From NCBI RefSeq assembly GCF_009914755.1, contig NC_060942.1: a stretch of 64,000 nucleotides of DNA, one strand, 5' to 3'. Position numbers and translations under genes: made by a program. This document shows positions 16,898-35,891 of the stretch, in pieces. This stretch comes from the human T2T-CHM13v2.0 reference genome, Homo sapiens. Position 1 is the stretch's first letter; every line of letters starts with the position of its first letter. A model generated the notes under the pieces. The model did no database searches. It saw only the letters and a program-made list of their open reading frames with translations, and was not told the origin of the DNA.

Positions 16898-18900
16898 AAA
16901 AATGTTTTTAAATATATAAATTTAAGAAATTTGCTGTTACTCTTTTTAAACTATATTAAAATCACCAACACCAGCTGTGGATAACCATATGCTTTATATT
17001 GGCAACTGCCACTTAGTAGATGCCCCAAAATATTATTTCCCTCTCCTTTCTCTCTTGACAGTAAGAAAACACTAATAAATTTTATATATAGTTTTCAGGA
17101 ATCTTAAAGGGCATCTATTCAACCTCTTCACAACATCTCTGACAAAATGTTATGCACTCTCTGAGTACTTTGATTGAAAGAGAAACTTCTTACCTTGTGG
17201 AGGAGCACTTGTCTTTTGGCCTGAATGAACAATGTTATTTTATTTACCACAAGTCTAACTAGTGTTTCAATGAGCTCCAACAGAAAAGAGAAAAAAGTCA
17301 CATTCTTTAACCCTAAAAGGATTCCCATCAAGTACTGTTTAGAAACTTATTTTCTTTATTTTTTTTTTTTCTGCTCAGTCTTCTTCACTGTGCTGGGAGC
17401 CCTCATCTGAGTGTCTAATCAGGAAGCCTCATCTTTCCTGGGTTTTTATTGAGCAGTGTTACTCAGCAGGAAGGAATTTTCTTTTTAAAATTTTCATGAA
17501 ATCAGCATAATCCTATATCATAAAATAGAAATTGTGAAAAAAATCATCTTCTTGGGGGGTTAGTTTTGCATTATGGTTAGCAATTTGCGAATACCTCTTC
17601 CTGAACCTCAGAACTGGATCTGTAATGAATAAGCCCCTGCAAAGTAATAACGAGAGTCCTTTTCGAAACAAATTCAGTGTGAATACCAAGGAAGTAACAA
17701 AAAGTTTAAGCCTTAAAGAACAACAATCTCTTTCAGCAGGAAAACTTCCCTTGCTGATACCAATTTAGGCATAGGAATATGTTGAAAGCTAAATATGGAA
17801 AACATGGAATTTTACCCATCTTTACTCAATTCAGTCATTCCAAGCACTGTGCCTGTTTTCAGTCGGCTGCAAAGAGTAGGATGGCAAGGATGATAAATTG
17901 TGTGGCTCTTACAGTCAACTGCTCCTAGTGTCCCACCTCAGATTATGATGGCTATGTGATGGTTCTGAAAATTCATCTTTTCCCCCCACCATGACAAAAG
18001 CCTGCAAATATTAGGAGTGTCCACAGATATATGACGGTTTTATTATAATCATAGTGTTCTTAGGAGGAAAAGATATTTATTTTAGAAAACAATTTAATTC
18101 TGTTCAAAGTGTTCTTTTGCATTTGCAATAGTGTTGGGAGCTGTCAGCTCCTCTCTCTCATTTACCTAAGCCTCAGGTTACTGTTGGTAAGAAGCATCCA
18201 GACTAGAGAATCATGCATCTCTCTTTGACCCAGAGAGTAAGGGAGAACTCTCTTATTTGGAAAAGCAGCAGTCTCTCCCAGAATGAAAGGACTTATGTAG
18301 ATATTTCCCAAGGAAATATTGGTTGCTAATAAATAAAGCCTTATCACAGATAAGCTGTTCTAACCAGAAATCACCTAGAGACGATTTCTTGGCTATCCCC
18401 AAATTCCCTTAGCCCTACCTCTCCCAAACTCTTTCCCAAGAATTTTAAGAGGCATGTATCCTCTAAGGTATATAGAGTTTCCTGCAGACTTATGAACTGA
18501 ATTCTGTGGTGAGTAAAAATCCTGGGTTATTGAGCTATTTTCTCATTCTCAGCAGCCAGTTGAAACCTGCCACAGTGCAAAAATAAATGTTGATGTTGTG
18601 CTCTGAATAAGGATGAGAAGCCTGCATGCGGTTTGTGATGCCTGATTGTTTTGGTTGCCTCCTGTTTCTCTCTCTCTTCTGTAAAGCAGCGTGTGAAGAA
18701 AGTTGGCATGAATGTGCTCAGTGTAAGGTATTAACACTGTTTTATCTATGCATCATGTAATTTTACATAGATATGGTTTTATAAATATTATTAAATGTCA
18801 TAAATCTCATGTTTTCTTTCTCTTTAAATCGGTTTCATAGTATTCTCCAGCAAACATAAAAAAAAGCTATGAAGAATGTAGGTTAAAAGCTTAGCTTATG

Positions 18901-19348
<448 letters not shown>

Positions 19349-20168
19349 TGATTTAAACAGAATGAAAATTTTTGGTAGGGACAGTTTTTCAATATGATTT
19401 TTCCTCATCTTTTCAGAATCTAATTTATAGAGATAAAACAGATGGCCCCAAAAACATGACTTTTGGAGGCAGCCATAACAATATATCTTTTATTGAAGGA
19501 AATAAGCTCAAGGGGCAGTAAAGCAGGTAACCAGCAGAAATGGCAGATGGAGGTGCTAACTGTGCCTCACATTGAAACCAAATCTGTGTAATGAAGGCAC
19601 TGACCATCACGCCTTTTGACAAACGTACCAGCCTCTGGAGACGGCAGACAGGAAGCCAGGAACACATCCCTAAGGTGTCAGCAGGAGGCTGGGCATCTCT
19701 CTTGAGTGATGACAAAAACACTGTCTCAAAGGTCAGAAGAACTGTTCTGTGAGCACTGGGGAGGTCCGGAAAAGGTTAAAGAGCTTATTGAGTTCAGCAA
19801 AGTCCTCAAGTAATTTCTGTTTTCATTTTCTTCATTTTCCTTGGCAGCTAATCATCATGGACATGGAGAGCTCGATGCCACGACCCCACTAGAGCCAGGG
19901 TGATAAATAGAGAAGATGGCTAGGGTAGAGCACACAAGGAGAGCAGGTTCAGGGAGAGATGAAGATGAGACCAAAGCGGGAAGAGTGAAGGGAAGATTAA
20001 CCTCCCCTTGCTGAGACATGTGACACTCAAGGCCCAAATCAGAAAACTTCTGCTTGAGGAAACATTACTCTTTCCTCCATGACTGCTGGTGGTATCCATC
20101 TGTCAGACTCCCTGAGCCTTGATGCCCCTCACTCCTTCTGCTGTGGAGTAGGAACGTGAAACACAAAC

Positions 20169-20508
20169 AGTCATCCCTCCAATTCCTCCAACCCATGGGG
20201 GATTGGTTCCATGACCCCTAACAAATACCAAATTTCATGGATGTTCAAGTCCCTTATTGCAAATGGCATGGTATTTGCATATAACCGATGCACATCCCCC
20301 CATCTACTTTAAATCATCTCTAGATTATCTATAATACCTAACACAATGTAAACGCTATGCAAATAGTTGTTATACCATATTGTTTTTTAAACTTGTATTA
20401 GTTTTCATTGTTGTTTTGTTATTTTTATTGTTTTATTTTTCCTAAATATTTTCGATTCACAGTTGGTTGAATTTGGGATGTAGAACCTGTGGATGTGGAG
20501 AACTAACT
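20169..20508. mobile_element. MER2 (TcMar-Tigger) DNA transposon
   Basis: cagtcatccctc...gggggattggttcca...ctttaaatcatctctagatta...gttggttgaat...aactgta. Confidence 0.85.
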
Positions 20509-21027
20509 GTAACAATAACAGGGAGGCAGCTGTCATTCAGTCCACTGTCTCCATGGCCTGAACAAGACATGCTGGATCATCTCGAAATGTCATTTGTAGA
20601 ACAAAATATTTCGAGTCTCACAAGACTTCTCTCCACTATTATGCACTGCTGTTGTCCCGTTTCTGGGACTTGAGTGATCACGTCATCTCTCTGGACCTCA
20701 AGTTCCTCATCCATGAAGGGGAAGAAACGAGCTTAGGGTGCCTATTGCTCAAATGCTCCTGTTCTTTCTCTTTTTGAGAATTAGTCACAGGGACTTCCCA
20801 TGTCTTGGTTTGCTCTTGTACTGTTATTTTGTTGTCTTTTGGTTTGCTTGTTTATTCATTTGTTTGTTTGTTTTCACAACTGGTTGGTTTAATAAAGTTT
20901 TATAGAATGCTTTGCATTTAGAAAAACCCTTCCATTTTAATGATGCATTGTGAGCTACAGTAGTAATGTTCTCCCACCCCTACCCTACTGAGTGGTATTT
21001 TGTGCTCTGCTTCCTGAATTGCAAAAA

Positions 21028-21172
21028 TTATATATATATGTGTGTGTGTATATATATACGTATATATAAAATTATATATACGTATATATATAATTATACA
21101 TATGTGTATATATATTATATATGTATATATATTATATATATACACACACATATATATAGTGTGTGTGTATAC
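21028..21172. repeat. (TA)n/(TG)n/(CA)n low-complexity quasi-palindromic tract
   Basis: Alternating purine-pyrimidine run; tatatatgtgtgtgtgtatatat mirrored by atatatacacacacatatatata. Confidence 0.9.
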
Positions 21173-21669
21173 AATTTGTACTTTTTATCCAAATACAATA
21201 GCATAATTGACAGCTGATGTCATATGCTCAGAGTAACCATGGGTCAATCAACAACCAAACCCCTGGCTGCAGATGTCTTCCCCAGTTACTCAATGTTTAT
21301 AGCGAGGTATTAAAATTGGTATTGTAGATATAACCAGATCAATAATTCTGTGAGTATTCTGAAGCACGTAGGTGGTAAAATTATCATAGAAAAGCATATG
21401 CCAGGCAGCACACTAGCATCTTCTCTTTAATAACACTATTAATATACGTTTATTCAAATAATTTACTGGTTTCTTCTTGGGTTGTGTCAAGTGACAAGAA
21501 AAAGTTCAGTAAATGTATAACTGATAGTAAAGTTATTTTTCTCCTAGTATTTCATAAAAATATGTTATGGCCAGCAACTACCATCATCTTCATGGTTTAA
21601 TTTCACTTTTCCATTCTGGAATCTCTATACTTCACTCAGTTCTCAGATCTGGAAAATTCTCAGCTATTC

Positions 21670-21980
21670 TTTTTTTTAATAGATAAATCTTGTCTCTTGT
21701 ACATATTTATGGGTTACATAGTGATGTTTCCATAAATAGAATGTATAGTGATCAGATCAGTGTAATTAGCATATTTATCTTCAGAAACATTTCTCATTTA
21801 TTTGTGTTGGGTATGTTTAATATGCTCCTTCTAGCTATTTAAAACTGTACATAGTTATTAACTACAGTCATCCTACAATGTTACAGAACACTGGAATTTA
21901 TTCCTGCTATCTAGCTGTAATTTTGTATCCTTTAACAAATCTTTCCCTATCCCTACCTTTCCTCTATCCTCCCCAGCCTC
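21670..21980 (-). mobile_element. L1MA (MA4A/MA5-like) 3' end
   Basis: gtacatatttatgggttacatagtgatg...gtatagtgatcagatcag...cagaacactggaatttattcctgctatctagctgtaattttgtatcctttaacaaatc. Confidence 0.85.
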
Positions 21981-22523
21981 AATGCAGCCATGTCCTGGGC
22001 CTGAGAAACAGCCACCTTTGACGAGCATGCACCTGGACCCATAGAGCACTGCTGAGTAGCCCAGTGCTTGAGTCCTGGCCTGCAAAATAGTCTTGTTCCT
22101 CCCCTATCCCATCCTCTGCACCTGAAAAATAGGCCCATGGTCCACTCTCAAGTAGACACATCTCAGGCCATCCACCAAGCAGGTGTGTGCCTATGTCAAG
22201 AGCCAGAGGAACAGCTCCCAGTCCCAGGTGCCACTCTCTTTTGCTCATCTTATTCAATTTCTTTTTGGACTTTCTCATTTTATCTTCCATGTCGTTTACT
22301 CTTCTTCCATTTGTGCCATCTCATTGTTTCTCTGCATGGGCCCAAGGCCAAATTCTCTTTCTTCCTAAGTTCTGGAGCCTACAGCTGTGACCATTACATA
22401 CCTGCCCACTCCCAGGACAGTTCACAAGCTTATAGCTCTGGTTTTTGGGATTCTTCTTAGTTTCACTTATCATAAGGTTTTCCTTTCTTTCAAGCTTAGT
22501 TATGAAATAATTACATATTATCT

Positions 22524-22649
22524 ATTTTTTTTTTGAGATAGGAACTCACTATGCTGCCCAGGCAGGTCTTGAACTCCTGGTCTCAAGTGATCCTCCCACC
22601 TCAGCCTCCCAAGCAGCTGGAACATGAATGTGCACCACTGTACCTGGCT
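22524..22649 (-). mobile_element. Alu left monomer (FLAM)
   Basis: Single arm ...ctcactatgctgcccaggc...ctcaagtgatcctcccacctcagcctccc. Confidence 0.85.
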
Positions 22650-22659
22650 TCAATATTCT

Positions 22660-23290
22660 CATGGGTTTGTAGCAGGAGATGGACTTTAATAGCACAATTT
22701 TCCCAGTTGCTGGAACTAAAAAAGTCCCAAATAGAAATTCTAGGGAAAAACATTTAATTTAAAGATATTTGAAAGAGATTTCAGAAAGGAGAATCAAAGA
22801 GAGTCCCCAAAAGATAAATAAATCCATATACAGAATTATGAAACTACAGAACATCAAAGATATAGTGAAAATATTAACAAACAACCTAATGGTGAATCAT
22901 GGAGTACATGACTCACCATTTCCTCTATCCAGGAAAAAGGGGAGTTATGGCCAAACAGGGAAACATCACTGTTTATTGAAGAAGAAAATTTGGGCATCAG
23001 ATTTATCATTAACAATAACAGATGCCAGAAGAAAATAAATATCTTCAAACTGATGAAGAGAAATAACAGAAAATCTAGAATTTTATACCCAGCTAAATGA
23101 AACTAAAGAATGCAAACAAAATAGACACATTCACAATTTAGGGTTTATCACTTGCAGACTTAGCTCAAAGAAACACTTAGGGAGCATCCCTCAAGAAAAG
23201 AGAAATTAACTCAGAAAGATAAAGGGGGATGGATTCGAGAAGTAACTAACAATGAAAGAAAGTGGCAAATGTAGGTAAATCTAAGCAATT
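22660..23290 (+). mobile_element. Ancient L1 (L1M/HAL1-type) ORF1 remnant
   Basis: catcagatt...agatgccagaaga...atatcttcaaa...ctagaattttatacccagctaaa (PRIxYPAK-like tract). Confidence 0.6.
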
Positions 23291-23687
23291 ATGATAGGAT
23301 CCTAAGTAAAACTTCCCCTGGGACCTCATTACTGCAACTAAGGAGAAAAAGCCTCCAAAATGGTGCTTAACACCACCCTACACACATTATAATGGAGCCA
23401 CTGGTATTAGGATACAGCTTATCCTCAAACAAGTGGCCACACACCCACTTAGAACTACCAGTTCCCATATTTACCCCTACTTGGTATTTTAATAGTCCTG
23501 GAAAGAGGAAAAGGATTTTTCATCAGCCTTGTAGAAAGTACAATGCACATGAAAGAGTTCTTTTCTCCCTTTCATTTTGAAACAAGGAAAGAGAGTCTTT
23601 CTTTTCCTCTAAGGCATGGGACCAGGGTAAAGTTCTGAGAAGTTTCTCATAAAGATTAATAGTTAAGTCAGGCAAGAATGGGGAAAA

Positions 23688-24176
23688 TTTTTAAACTTTT
23701 TTAAGTTCAGGGGTACATGTGCAGGTTTGTCATATAGGTAAAGTTGCATCATGGGGGTTTGTTGTACAGATTTCATCACCTGGATATTATGCCTAATACC
23801 CATTAGTTATTTTTCCTGATTCTGTCCCTCCCACCCTCCACCCTCCAATAGGCCCCAGTGTGTGTTGTTCCCCTTTATGTATTTATGCGTTCTTGTCATT
23901 TAGCTCCCACTTATAAGTGAGAAACTGCAGTATTTGATTTTCTGTTCCTGTGTTAGTTTGCTAAGGATAATGGCCTCTAGCTCCATCCATGTTACTGCAA
24001 GAGACATGATCGCATTGCTTTTTATGGCTGCATAGTATTCCATGGTGTTTATGTACCACATTTTCTTTTCCAGCCTATCATTAATGGACATTTAGGTTGA
24101 TTCCACAACTTTGCTATTGTGAATAGTGTTGCAATGAACAGATGCATGCATGTGTCTTTATAGTAGAATGATTTAT
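23688..24176 (-). mobile_element. 5'-truncated L1PA (about PA10-13) 3' end
   Basis: L1PA 3'UTR and ORF2 tail (ORF 23900-24091); TSD aagaatggggaaa at 23674-23686 and 24177-24189. Confidence 0.92.
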
Positions 24177-24739
24177 AAGAATGGGGAAATTTGAATTTCA
24201 TTCACTTGGGGACTTCAACTTGGCCAGTAGACCTGCTGATTCTCCCAATACTGAGTAGAGGAAAAGAGAGTTGGAGAGAGTGAAAGAGCAGTCTGCAGGG
24301 TGGAGAAGGAGACCATTAATACCATATAAGTACCCTAGAAGTTACAGAAGTGGTAGCAATTCTCAAATCTGGCCTTGTGGGACTGAATGGGTAGAACACT
24401 AGAGACACATCCAGTCTCTGAGTGCATATAAATTGAAATGGTATTTAAAGCCAGCCAATCAATAAAAAGACCAGAACTTCATCCAGATGGGCTGAGGCTC
24501 ACTGCACTTTCCCATTCCCTTTTCTTCTACCCCATCCTATCAGAGGTGCGACCAAAAGGAAAATGTTATATCTCTTCCTTACTCCCTCTACTTAAGCTAC
24601 TAGTGCATCAGACAGTGCTACAAAGAAGGCTCAAATAGCTCTCAAAAAACATTAAATAGCGAATGTTTATTTAGAAATGCATAGGAATGCTATTATTTTA
24701 ACACCCCTATTCAGATGACTATGAAATTAGATGGATTCA

Positions 24740-25760
24740 TTATTAAGAGGAACAAAGAAAATAGAATTCATAAGAGAAGAAAAAATGGGGGAAAGGCAAA
24801 AATAAGAAACTTGGTAAAATGGAAAAGGCATAATAATATGGTATAGATAAATCTTAATATATGTGTTAGATATTTGAATGAGTCTCTCAGGTTTAATTTA
24901 AAAACATTTAAATCCAGCTATATGTGCCATATAAGAGATATATTTGAAATTTAAAGACATGAGTATAAAGAAAAAATATACTAAGTAGAAAAGAAGTCTG
25001 TTTTAGCTATACTGAAAATAAACTTCAAGGTAATAAAGAGAATCATTATGTAATCATAAAAGACAATTTCTTCACCAGAAAGTTTTGACACTTTTGATCT
25101 TAATGCACCTAGCAACTTAACCACATAAGAAGTGAAGCGGATATCAATGGACATACTATAAAATATTGATAAATCAACAGTGGAGGTAGAAGTATTTTAT
25201 CCCACTCTCAAAAATAATCAGGAGTGTAAAAAATTAAAGAGTTTTTAACAAAACAATTTAAAATGTTAATAAAAATTTAAAATTAGATATCCAAATGCAA
25301 AAAAGGAAGTTACCTAAGAACTAGTGAAAAAATGAACAAATTCCTACATAAAAACTGAGAGTAAGGAAAGCTTCTTGAACTGTGACTCAAAATTCAAAAG
25401 TAAATTATATAAAAATTAAAAATAAAAACTTTCACTAGCCAATTAAAAAACTGCAAAATCAGCTATTTTCAACTTACGCCACAAAGCGTTAATATTCCTA
25501 CTATACAAAGAGCTTCTAAACATTGAGAAGAAAAACACCAACAAACCAACAGAAAAAATGTGCATAGGCTATGAACAAAATGTGAATGACCCTTCATCAT
25601 AGAAGCGTTTTTAACATTTTTTTCTATATTTTACTTTAATTGAAAATGTGTGCATTCTCTACAAGTAAAAACCAGAAAACAAGTTACCTAACAATTGGCA
25701 TGCCATATTTAAAACCAAATGAATCCAAGTGAATATTAAACAGAGTATTTTGACCCTATA
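24740..25760 (+). mobile_element. Highly decayed ancient L1 (L1M) fragments
   Basis: A-rich tracts resembling the ORF2 endonuclease region (aaatccagctatatg, aatgcacctagcaac) and the C-terminal region (taatattcctactatacaaagagcttcta). Confidence 0.5.
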
Positions 25761-25777
25761 TGGCTAGTGGCACATGT

Positions 25778-25891
25778 AGACTGATAAATCATCCAGGTTT
25801 TACGTAGGACTGAGGAGTTTCCTAAGACACAGGACTTTTAATGCTATAACCAGGAAAGTTCCAGGTAAACCAAAACAAGCTGATCACCCTA
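25778..25891. mobile_element. hAT-Blackjack MITE (MER81/MER94-like)
   Basis: ~115 bp with imperfect TIRs ending ...gatcacccta; internal gggact/caggac motifs. Confidence 0.65.
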
Positions 25892-26021
25892 ATTCTAAGA
25901 GAAATAATAAATGCAAGGAAATCTTAAACTTTGAATATGGTAGTTATATACTACTTTGGAGTTACTGTAAATATATGGCAAGATAAAGTAATATGTTAAT
26001 GTTGTTATTTAACAGTAATGA

Positions 26022-26151
26022 CAGTTCTAGAGCCAGGCAACACTCCATTTCATTAAATAGAATAAGTGTTCCAATGAGCTGAGCAGAAGGGATTGGTTTC
26101 ATAGACAGAAAAGGGCTGAAGAAGGCGGACACAAAGACCAAAAGGTAGATT
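26022..26151 (-). repeat. Inverted partial copy of the adjacent LTR (matches 26564-26694)
   Basis: Manual alignment to the reverse complement gives about 14 differences in ~130 nt. Confidence 0.9.
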
Positions 26152-26214
26152 TAAATAAATAAATACAACATAACAATGTTTATTTAACACTGTTGTTTAT
26201 TTCACAATGTTGTT

Positions 26215-26745
26215 ATTATTAAATAAAAATTATCAGAGCCCATTGTTTTGGATTGAGCTCCTGCACTAGGCCCCAAGAGATCAGAATAAAACCAAAATGA
26301 AGTCACTTATACTAAAGTTTCATTTCACCAAACCAAAAGTAAGTTGTTATCTGACCTTCTGGGAAATCAGAAGAGAGAAATAATAGACAAATTTCTCAAA
26401 CAGGCCAGTGTCAGTCGACATAATAATAAACTTTCCTCTGTGCTAATCCACACCAAGAAAAATAAAATTATCTTGAAGTAAGCTGATGTTAACTAATCAG
26501 TTATTTTTCTATTATTCTGTTTCCCTGTGTCTGCCTTACAAAGAAAATAACTTTAAAATGACCAATCTACCTTTTGCTCTTTGTGTCTACTTTCTTCAGC
26601 ACCTCTTCTGTCTATAAAACCAATCCCCTCTCCTCAGCTCATTGGAACACTTATTCTATGTAATGAAATGAAGTGTTACCTGACTCTAGAGCTGCAAATA
26701 GAGCAAATTAATTTCTTTAAATTGTTATAACTTCATCTTTTGACA
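26215..26745 (+). mobile_element. MER57-like ERV1 solo LTR
   Basis: ccattgttttggattgagctcctgcactaggcccca... start, CCAAT/TATAAAA, ...cttttgaca end. Confidence 0.75.
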
Positions 26746-26799
26746 TTATGAACCAAGATTTCAGCATAAGAGAAAAGCATCAGTAATATAAGTAAAAAA

Positions 26800-28240
26800 T
26801 AAGGAACAAGTAAATATGCTTCCCGAGTACCCTCAGAAAAATGAACAGAGCAACTAGGAATACAAAACCAAAAATGCACAGGCAACATTTACAATAAGAT
26901 TAAGTGACAAAGCATTCCCACAGTCCACAAAATAGAAGAATATGTGAACAAAACATGCTATCAGCATCCATGTAGAAGATAACAGAGGAAAGCAATGAGC
27001 TATATCTGCTGGACCTGAAAATGAGAAAACATCTGAACTGTTAATACTGTTAATAGAGAACCCTTAAACTGTCAATAAACTGTCAATGGAGAATCCCTAA
27101 ACTGACAAAAGACTGTCAACAGAGAATACCTAAATTGTCAATAGGTATTTATTGTGAAGTGTGAGAGGCCAAAATAAAATTGGAAGGGTTTTGAACACTC
27201 ACAGGTAATTATTAGGTGTGGCTCTGAAGGATCAGGCACTCTGGGAAAATGGGCTCATGTAACTAAACAAATAAGGCCCCCTTTGAGGGGGGGAAAAAAA
27301 AAACCCTAGGAGAAACTGGTAGGAATTGTCTCCAAAGTAAGCAAGTCAGAATAAATAAAAGTAAAAGTTAAGGGAAACTTAAAGTAGGAGAGGAGGAAGG
27401 AGGTAGAATATCTCAGAAAAGAGAGTCATATTTACTGAGCTTTTAATTTATAAACATCTGACAAAGATAAAACAAGTACAAGTTTTAGATCTGTGAAGCT
27501 AACAAAGGTAACCTGACCCACCTGGCCTCCTAAAAGGTCAGTAAATCCAATAGTACACAAAAATAAGCAATGAACGGAACTGTGTCAAATGCAAAAAATA
27601 AAATAAATAATGAGTAGAATGTCCCTACAGATATTAAAAGTATTCCAGAAATATATAGCCATTAAACAGATGAAAACTATAACTATTTCAAACAAGCAAA
27701 AAGAAATTTTAAAATGTAATTTTAAAAATTAACCAACATAACAAGTTAGGATTAGAAAACTTAGATATAAGGTAAGAACTATGAATTAGAAATAAAATAA
27801 AAAAGTATTTCAGAAATGAAGCCTGAACTAGAATTCACACATGAGGAAGCAGAGACAACACACAATACTTTAAAACAAGTAGAAAATAAAAATGATAGAA
27901 ATTTAGAATTAAAAAAAGGTTAAGAAGTAGTTGAGAGAGTGGCAAACATCGTTGACATGTATAAAGGGGCTCCTAAAGAGGAAACCTAAGAATGATACAG
28001 AACAAATATTCAAATTAAGAAAAATTTACCAAAAAAGATTTTTTAAAAAAGATTATTGAAAGGGCACAATGGGTATCTGGAAAAAAACAGATGACCCACT
28101 AAAACATTATCTAATAAAATTACTGGACTTTAAAGATCAAGAAAAAATTCCTTGAGCCTTAAGGCAATGAAACCAAGATGCTTATTAGGGAAAGAAAATG
28201 AGATAGGCAAAAGCGTTTAGTTGTTAATTTTTAATAACAT
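26800..28240 (+). mobile_element. Ancient L1 5'/ORF1 remnant
   Basis: A-rich; gattattgaaagggcacaatgggtatctgg...aaattactggactttaaagatcaagaaaaaattc typical of old L1 ORF1. Confidence 0.55.
27036..27143. repeat. Degenerate minisatellite, ~33-bp unit built from paired actgtcaa sub-units, about 3.5 copies
   Basis: aactgttaatactgttaatagagaaccctt / aaactgtcaataaactgtcaatggagaatccct / aaactgacaaaagactgtcaacagagaatacct / aaattgtcaata. Confidence 0.85.
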
Positions 28241-28487
28241 TTTATGCTAGCTTTGGATGAAGTAACTGGAGACACTGGCATAAGGACCAGCGTGTCCCCT
28301 GGGAGGCTACAGTTGGCCTGGTAAGGCCAACTGCAGAGATGCTAGTAAAGTCTCTTCCTCAGAAGAAAAAGCTCCAAATCCCTGGGGTTCCTATTCTAAA
28401 ATCTTAAGTTCCTATACCCTTGTCTCTTCCCTTTTGTTTGTTTCCTGGGTCAACTGTAATTATCTGGGAAAACTCAATATCTTCTAA

Positions 28488-30390
<1,903 letters not shown>

Positions 30391-30479
30391 TTCTACCTCT
30401 ACCCATGGGCTAAAAGTTTAAATACCTTTTTTTCCTTAAGAAGAATAACAGAGCACTCCCCCAAGTGTGGCAGAGGCTA

Positions 30480-30643
30480 GAATTTTAAAATTTCTCACAG
30501 ACACACACCAAAAATCATCATCCTAATAGATTCCAATTATTTGTGGCTAACCAAAATCTTTGAATTTTAAAACTTCTCACAGATACACACCAAAAATCAT
30601 CATCCTCATAGAGTCTAATTATATGTGGCTAACCAACATCTTT
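30480..30643. repeat. 82-bp tandem duplication
   Basis: gaattttaaaa(t/c)ttctcacaga...gtggctaaccaa(a/c)atcttt twice, about 7 mismatches. Confidence 0.92.
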
Positions 30644-31060
30644 GAAAAACCTTTTTACATTGCATTAATTTCTCACATTTAAAGTTCCTCCTTTACAAGG
30701 TAGAAAAAGAAAATTCATATCTCTGGACTCCCAGTAGTGAGGATTCCAACAATGAGATATTTTGACTCTCGGAAGGAGAGAAGGGAAGAAGTCACTGTGA
30801 GAGAAGGATAAATATTCTGGCAAACATGATAGCAGAGGCCCCAGGAGAAGAGACAGAGGTGGAGCTTCTGGCATCCAGTTTTGAGGATCACAGTGACATC
30901 CTATAGTGGATTGGCCGTTATACCAGGCTGGGAGCTCCAGATTCCAGCTTTCTGGGGCTCTTTCATATTCTTTTCTGCTTGAAGTGTATAGGTTATTAAT
31001 ATTGTTTGCAACCAAGGCCCTTGAGTGTCAGTCACCCAGAGCCTCTTTGCTGTTTCCCTA

Positions 31061-31496
<436 letters not shown>

Positions 31497-32004
31497 TTAG
31501 ATGACTCAGATTTAGGCAACTGTCTCAGTTCTTGTTCCAGACTTCATCTTGGCCCAAAGCTCAGTATCCCATCCCCATGTGGGCATATTAGTCCATTTTT
31601 ATACTGCTGTAAAGAACTGCCTGAGACTGGGTAATTTATAAGGAAAGAGATTTAATTGACCCACAGTTCCACATGGCTGGGGAGGCCTCGGGAAACTTAA
31701 TCACGGCAGAAGGCGAAGGAGAAGCAAGGTGGCAGGAGAGAGAGAGAGGGCAGGGGAAACTGCCACTTTTTTAAATTATTTATTTATTTATTTATTTTTA
31801 TTATACTTTAAGTTTTAGGGTACATGTGCACATTGTGCAGGTTAGTTACATATGTATACATGTGCCATGCTGGTGCGCTGCACCCACTAACTCGTCATCT
31901 AGCATTAGGTATATCTCCCAATGCTATCCCTCCCCCCTCCCCCCACCCCACCACAGTCCCCAGAGTGTGATATTCCCCTTCCTGTGTCCATGTGATCTCA
32001 TTGT

Positions 32005-35843
<3,839 letters not shown>

Positions 35844-35891
35844 TTATTTTGCTCGTTAGTTGATGCAGTTTCTTCCTAGTCTCGATGGTCT

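Noticed and set aside
27036-27143. Repeat-spacer-like pattern suggesting a CRISPR array
   Set aside because: The intervening segments are copies of each other, there are no cas genes, and the DNA is primate; it is a minisatellite
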